Below, in pieces: positions 58,270-64,000 of a stretch of DNA of 64,000 bases; the stretch's first letter is position 1; every line of letters begins with the position of its first letter. The notes beneath the pieces were generated by a model that ran no database searches, had not been told where the DNA came from, and saw nothing but the letters and a program-made list of their open reading frames with translations. A program made the translations under genes and the position numbers. The stretch is from Massalongia carnosa (Eukaryota), in NCBI GenBank assembly GCA_965645245.1, contig OZ287074.1, positions 744,001 to 808,000 on the forward strand, in the 5' to 3' direction.

Positions 58270-61023
58270 ATGTCAACCCAAGATGATATTTATCGGGGCC
58301 ATGACGCCCCAGAGCCCCAGCAACCCCAAACCGTTCGCTTTGCCTCTGTGGATCTTGAAATCGAACCGGCTCAAATTATACAATCCATAACAACGCTTTC
58401 TTCTCGAGATGGATTAGTGAATCCGGAGTTCAGCTCTCAGGCTCAGGAGGAGATACGAGCACTTTCAAAGAACTTACAAAACTCGCATTTGCAGCAGAGA
58501 CGATTAAATCGTTTTGGGTTTGAGCCTGTGTCTTTGCCAACTTCAAGGGTGAGTCAATAACTCCGCTAAGTGTGAAAACATCAGTCCCTTTTGTCATTCG
58601 GGATCTTATCTTCCTAGTGATGCTGGTACAAGAAGTACTATCATGCAACAGGCTGGATTACTTTCGGGTCTGTAGGTCATTAGAGGAAACTCCGAGCATT
58701 TTGACAGATTTATCGGCCCGCGACGACTATATTTAAATTAGCATTTAGTTAATTCTAATTCAAGTTCAGGTACCCTCAAATGAATCGACTGCCTACCACA
58801 CCTCAAGAGTAGCAACGAGGTCTGGCGGCTCTTCACCTAAGCCTTCTCCTCTGCCGTCATCGGCTACTACACCACCCCTTACCCCCTCAGCAACCCATCT
58901 TCGAGGACCACAGCATGACGCATTAGGTGCTTCTGGAGCAGATTTGGCGAAAGTCCACCCAGACCCGCTGCAGATGGCTCCATATATCCCTGGCCCAAAA
59001 AAGACTTCGCCTGCAACGGCAATGGAGGGTGTGATGGGCCAAAGCAGGAACTCGAGTGCTGCTACTTCGCGGCCCTCGTCCATTTCTGACCAAGGATCCA
59101 CGCGGCCGACCTCTAGATCTCATGAATCAAGCGGGGTGGAACGGGTTCAGAAACATATCCCTGGTTTTGTCATCGGGCCTGGTGTGACTAGCGGAGAGTC
59201 GTCGCCTTCTCGGATCCCCAGTTCCTCAACCTCAGAGGTACAGCTTGGAGCAGTTACCCCTCCGCCAGCTCATGAAGGACCTTTCTCGCCCCCAGCAGAT
59301 CGAGATGACAACCCCTATGCAAGAAGCAAGAGACCACCACAATCGAAAAATCTAGAAGCCATCGACGCACGATTTGTTTTTGGAGGGAAGGATTCACGAC
59401 GGCGCTCGGGAATATTTCAAGGAGCATCCTCAGTTAGCTTGATGAATCCTTTACCACGCTCGAATAGCGGAAGTGACCTCAAAGCCCATAACAAACATCA
59501 GTCAACATTCTCGCTACATTCCTTGGGAGGGAAAAAAGATCATTATGGCCATCTTCATGACGACAGCTCGTCCAGTCAAGGTGGAAAGTCACATGGTTCA
59601 ATGTCAGAGTTGAAACGTTTTTTCGGCCTTAGCCACAAGTCGAAGAGATCTCAATCACCTTCAGCATCTATGAGATCATCAGCTCAAAGTCATGGCACAC
59701 GCACCCCACCGCACCAGTTACCTTCTTCTAGCATCCCATTCGCTGATGATCACGGCCTCCAAACGAAATATGGCAAATTTGGAAAGGTTCTTGGTTCAGG
59801 TGCTGGAGGATCGGTTCGATTGATGAGAAGAAGTAATGATGGAGTAACCTTTGCTGTCAAACAGTTTCGAGATCGACATGTGCATGAATCGGAACGGGAA
59901 TATGCGAAGAAGGTGACGGCAGAATTTTGCATTGGGTCCACGTTACATCACGGTAATATCATCGAAACTCTTGATATCGTGCAAGAAAGGGGCCACTGGT
60001 ATGAAGTGATGGAGTACGCACCATTTGATCTTTTTGCCATCGTGATGACTGGCAAAATGTCAAGAGACGAGATTGCTTGCTCGTTCCTGCAGATCGTCAG
60101 CGGTGTCAGGTTTCTTCATGGCATGGGTCTGGCGCATCGGGATCTGAAGCTGGATAATGTGGTGGTAAATGAACATGGCATTATGAAGATCATTGATTTT
60201 GGAAGTGCTAGTGTTTTTAGATACCCTTTCGAGAACGACATCGTGCTTGCATCAGGTATCTCCCCCTTCGCCGTTGCATCGGTGCTCAACTCATACCCAT
60301 ATAGGTATCGTCGGATCAGATCCCTACTTGGCCCCCGAAGTATACGACACAAGTAAGTATGACCCTCGGCCAGCGGATATATGGTCTCTGGCAATTATCT
60401 TCGCGTGCATGTCGCTTCGCCGTTTTCCGTGGAAGTCTCCTCGTCTCACTGATAACTCATTCAAACTATTCGTATCTTCTCCTACTGAAGGGACGCCACC
60501 TGCTGAGGTTGAATCAAGAGGACCTTCGGAGGGGAGATCAAAGTCTGCATTTGAAATGGCTTCGGCTGCAGAAGAATCACGGCGTCGCTCTGCCCCTTCC
60601 ACAAATGTAGTATCCCGGCAAAGTTCCGAGGATGGTTCTAGAAAACATCATCATCATCATCATCATCATCACCATCATCATCCTGGGACAGACGAAACAG
60701 ATCCAATATTGCCTAGCGATAACGATCAATCATCTACAGCTCCAGCGCCTAAACAAGATTCATCCAGTTCCAAACAAGATATTATCAAAGGGCCCTGGCG
60801 TTTATTGCGTCTTTTACCTCGGGAAACGAGGGCAATTATAGGCAAGATGCTTGAGATCCAGCCTAGTCACCGGGCAACCCTGGACGACATGATGGAGGAC
60901 CCGTGGATCATAAATACACCTGTCTGTAATCAAGTCGAAGGCGGTAGAGTTCTTAGGGCTCCGGGGCATGTGCATACCCTGGAGCCGGGCAACGCAAATA
61001 CACAGGCATCAAGCCATAAGTAG
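58270..61023 (+). CDS. SAT4: NPR/HAL family Ser/Thr protein kinase, Sat4/Hal4-like; 3 exons
   Basis: Exons 58270-58548, 58770-60255 and 60305-61023. [47 protein letters not shown] and [10 protein letters not shown]. Confidence 0.9.
60646..60681 (+). repeat. Coding (CAT)n microsatellite encoding His12
   Basis: Twelve consecutive His codons (11 CAT, 1 CAC) in the kinase insert. Confidence 0.95.
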
Positions 61024-61859
61024 TTTATCATTGGGACTAACGAGTTCAAAGGAGTTGTAGAGATTCATGACATGAAGACATGGGTAGGAGGAAAATTATC
61101 GATGCTACGATAGGAATGAACATTGCATGCGAGGATTATGTTTTGGTATAAAGTTACTTTTGGGGCTTCCTCATCGCCTAGGATTTTGTCAGATACAATG
61201 AGCATCGCCGGTGAACAGATAACAACAACAACAGAGCTTACAGGTCGTCAATGACACAAACTAGACTCCGACGTCTATATTTCTAGCTTGCAAATGAAGT
61301 GTACTTTTTCTCAGTATGAGACCTAAGTATGACGATGCTTAATCTCTGCCTCCCACTGCATGCGTGTAACCCATATTCTAGCGATTGCGTCTGATAAAGA
61401 GACGTCATTGATACATGATGCAACTTGCCCTCTATACGTATATCTGGTTCAGTCAATACCAGAAATATATTTCCTTACTCAACTTTACCTTACCTAATAA
61501 TAACCCTTTGACAACTCTTTTCGAACACATCGCATATGTTCAGTGAGCCTGCCAAGCCACACTCAAAAGAGGACCGCTGAAATGCCTTTCGTCCAAATGC
61601 CAAAGTCCCATCTACCTGGGCACTGGGCTGATGTCAGTCACGGCCCATCTCTACAATCACTTACCCCCAATCATCTGTACATGATTCTGTTTATCCACGG
61701 CCAAGTGATCGTAGTAAATAGGAGCAGTTGATATGCCTCTATGCGGCACAGAAAACCGTTCAAATCATACAGCTAAAGTGATCAGCTCATGTAGCATTCT
61801 CAGCACATGATTCTCCGTTTCTATGCATCATCAAATTCAGATGTGGAAAATCCTTCTAC

Positions 61860-64000
61860 ATGGCACGTAAAGCTCGCCGGCGCATAAGCTATGGTAAGTA
61901 AGTATTCGCACACACTGCGTCAGGTCGACTAATCGGGCTTCTTCTAACAGTCTTACCACTTGCAAATTCTCCTGGAGGACATAGGCTTGGAGTGAACGGA
62001 CTAGCTGTGGATACTGCGCAGTCAATTCTGTAAAAGAACTTTCGTACGGTCAATGCCTGCTTCTGACTAGATCATTAGATATTCTGCTGGTCGTGATGGA
62101 CTGATATGCGCCTGGGATCTCAACGTTAACCTGAACCCCAGCTCATCAGAGCAGAACGCATTTAATGAATCCGAGGGCCTTTCAGCCAGCACGAACGCCA
62201 AGCCGTCGCTATCATCTACTTTTCGTAAACAAGTTCAAGCGCATACTCATTGGGTGAATGATATAGTCCTCACACAAAGTAACTCCGCCCTAGTCTCGGC
62301 GTCCTCCGATACAACTGTCAAAGTTTGGCGACCTCATTCAGAAGAGCGTCAGGTACCGATAACTATTGGTCTCCATAGCGATTATGTGAAATGTGTGGCA
62401 TCACCTGGGCTACACTCAGACTGGGTCGCATCAGGTGGTTTAGATCATAAAATACGAATATGGGATCTCAATGGAGGAGGAGAACGATTACAGATCGACA
62501 TTGGGGAGTATGAAAGCAGCGCTAAAGGTTCAGTTTATGCGCTGAGCGTTCGTGGCTCCATTATGGCGAGTGGAGGGCCAGAGAGCATTGTCAGGGTCTG
62601 GGATCCGAAATCGGGCAAACGAATTAGAAACTTTGTGGGACACACAGACAATGTACGAGACATTCTCATCAACCAGAATGGTGACACCGTTATGACAGCG
62701 TCCTCGGACCAAACTGTTAAAGTGTGGTCAATCACCGCTGGAAGATGCATGCACACCTTGACGATGCACAATGACAGCGTGTGGTCACTTTTCTCCGATC
62801 ATCCTCAATTACTAGTATTCTACTCCAGCGATCGAGCAGGGCTAGTTGCGAAGACAGACGTTCGCGGTTGCTCGGATATGGATGAAGGTCTATCGTTAGC
62901 CCTTGCGCAGGAGCACGATGGGGTGAACAAAGTTGTCGTTGCTGGAGACTATTTTTGGACGGCGACATCCAGCTCAAGTATCAACCGATGGATCGACGTT
63001 GATACAAAGAACGAGATTCAGGCGCCCGAGCTTTATACCTCCCATCGCAGCTCGAGCATAGCCTTACTCTCTATTTTATCTACGTCACCATTGCCTTCAC
63101 CTCGGAAAGCAACTAATGGCGAAGAAAGACAGAAAATACCCCTTGGCTGTATTTTACGGGTGTCAAACAGCGCAAGTTTCCCGAGCCAGAAAATTCGAGA
63201 CCCAGAATCTTCGACCATATACTCTGGGCTCACCCCGAGGAAAACGTCCGAAGCCTTTGTAGATCACGAGATCGGAGTCGTGATCCCATATCACAACCTC
63301 CCCCAAGAAACCATTGAAGGACAGAATGGCTTGATCAAACATGTATTACTCAATGATAGAAGACGAGTGTTGACTCTTGACACGGCCGGAGAGGTGATGA
63401 TGTGGGATCTTCTGATGGTGACGATTATGGATCTAGCAGCAAAATTTGCGCTGACATGAGAACAGTGTGTTCCTATTCAGAGCTTTGGGAAGCGGCATCT
63501 TGAAGATGTCGAGCCCGAAGTTAATACGTTAGAAAACATTGCCAACTGGTGCAGCATAGATACAAGGACGGGTCGGCTTGAATGCGTTCTTGAGGAGAAT
63601 TACTGCTTCGATGCAGAAATCTATGCAGACGAACTGAAAATTGCCATTGGTAGTGACTTTCGAGAGGATCAGCGTAGTAAGCGTCCTGCGAAGGCTTTGC
63701 ATCCAACAGCTTCACATCTATCTCACTTCAGCACAACCATAATAAGGAAGCACCTACTAATCAACATTATTCAGTAAACTTAGGGAAATGGGTCCTTCGC
63801 AACCTTTTTGCTTGGCTCATTGAAGAGGAGCTCGACCGCGATAGCCGATATCGAAGAAGCTTATACATCAGCTCTCGAAACCCAGCCAGCCTACTTAGGA
63901 AAAACGCCCCACTGCAAATACAACTGCCCACGTCGCTTCCGGAGCAGCCCAACGGCATGCTTTATGTCGATCCTACTTTGACCGCCCGCGGCACAAATGG
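61860..64000 (+). CDS. WDR48: WD40 deubiquitinase cofactor WDR48/UAF1 (Duf1/Bun107-like), 3' end beyond the window
   Basis: [15 protein letters not shown]...[71 protein letters not shown] and [11 protein letters not shown]. Confidence 0.92.

Overview
Eukaryotic DNA from a filamentous ascomycete (Pezizomycotina): short GT-AG introns with CTRAY branch points and fungal-type genes. Genes I can support after manual splicing: TCAB1/Swt21-like WD40 protein, a Zip2/SHOC1-like XPF-fold protein, a TauD dioxygenase, TYW1, a PQ-loop membrane protein, an AA9 LPMO with a C-terminal CBM18, a flavin monooxygenase, a GNAT acetyltransferase, cytoplasmic dynein heavy chain, SVF1, mitochondrial uL11, a Sat4/Hal4 kinase and the 5' part of WDR48. 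The most notable items, largely missed by the ORF track: (1) a 9-exon, 142-aa divergent histone H4 variant gene (37905-39289); (2) just upstream of it, a Fot1/pogo DNA transposon with perfect 50-bp TIRs, a second internal inverted repeat and an intron, into which a 5'-truncated Tad1-like LINE has inserted (12-bp TSD) in frame with the transposase; (3) a decayed Upf1/DNA2-like SF1 helicase gene in a gene-poor region (1-9.3 kb); (4) a degenerate ~4-kb element (18.4-22.6 kb) with a dispersed two-orientation motif. No rRNA, tRNA or CRISPR was recognised. All family assignments come from motif recognition by eye, without database searches.
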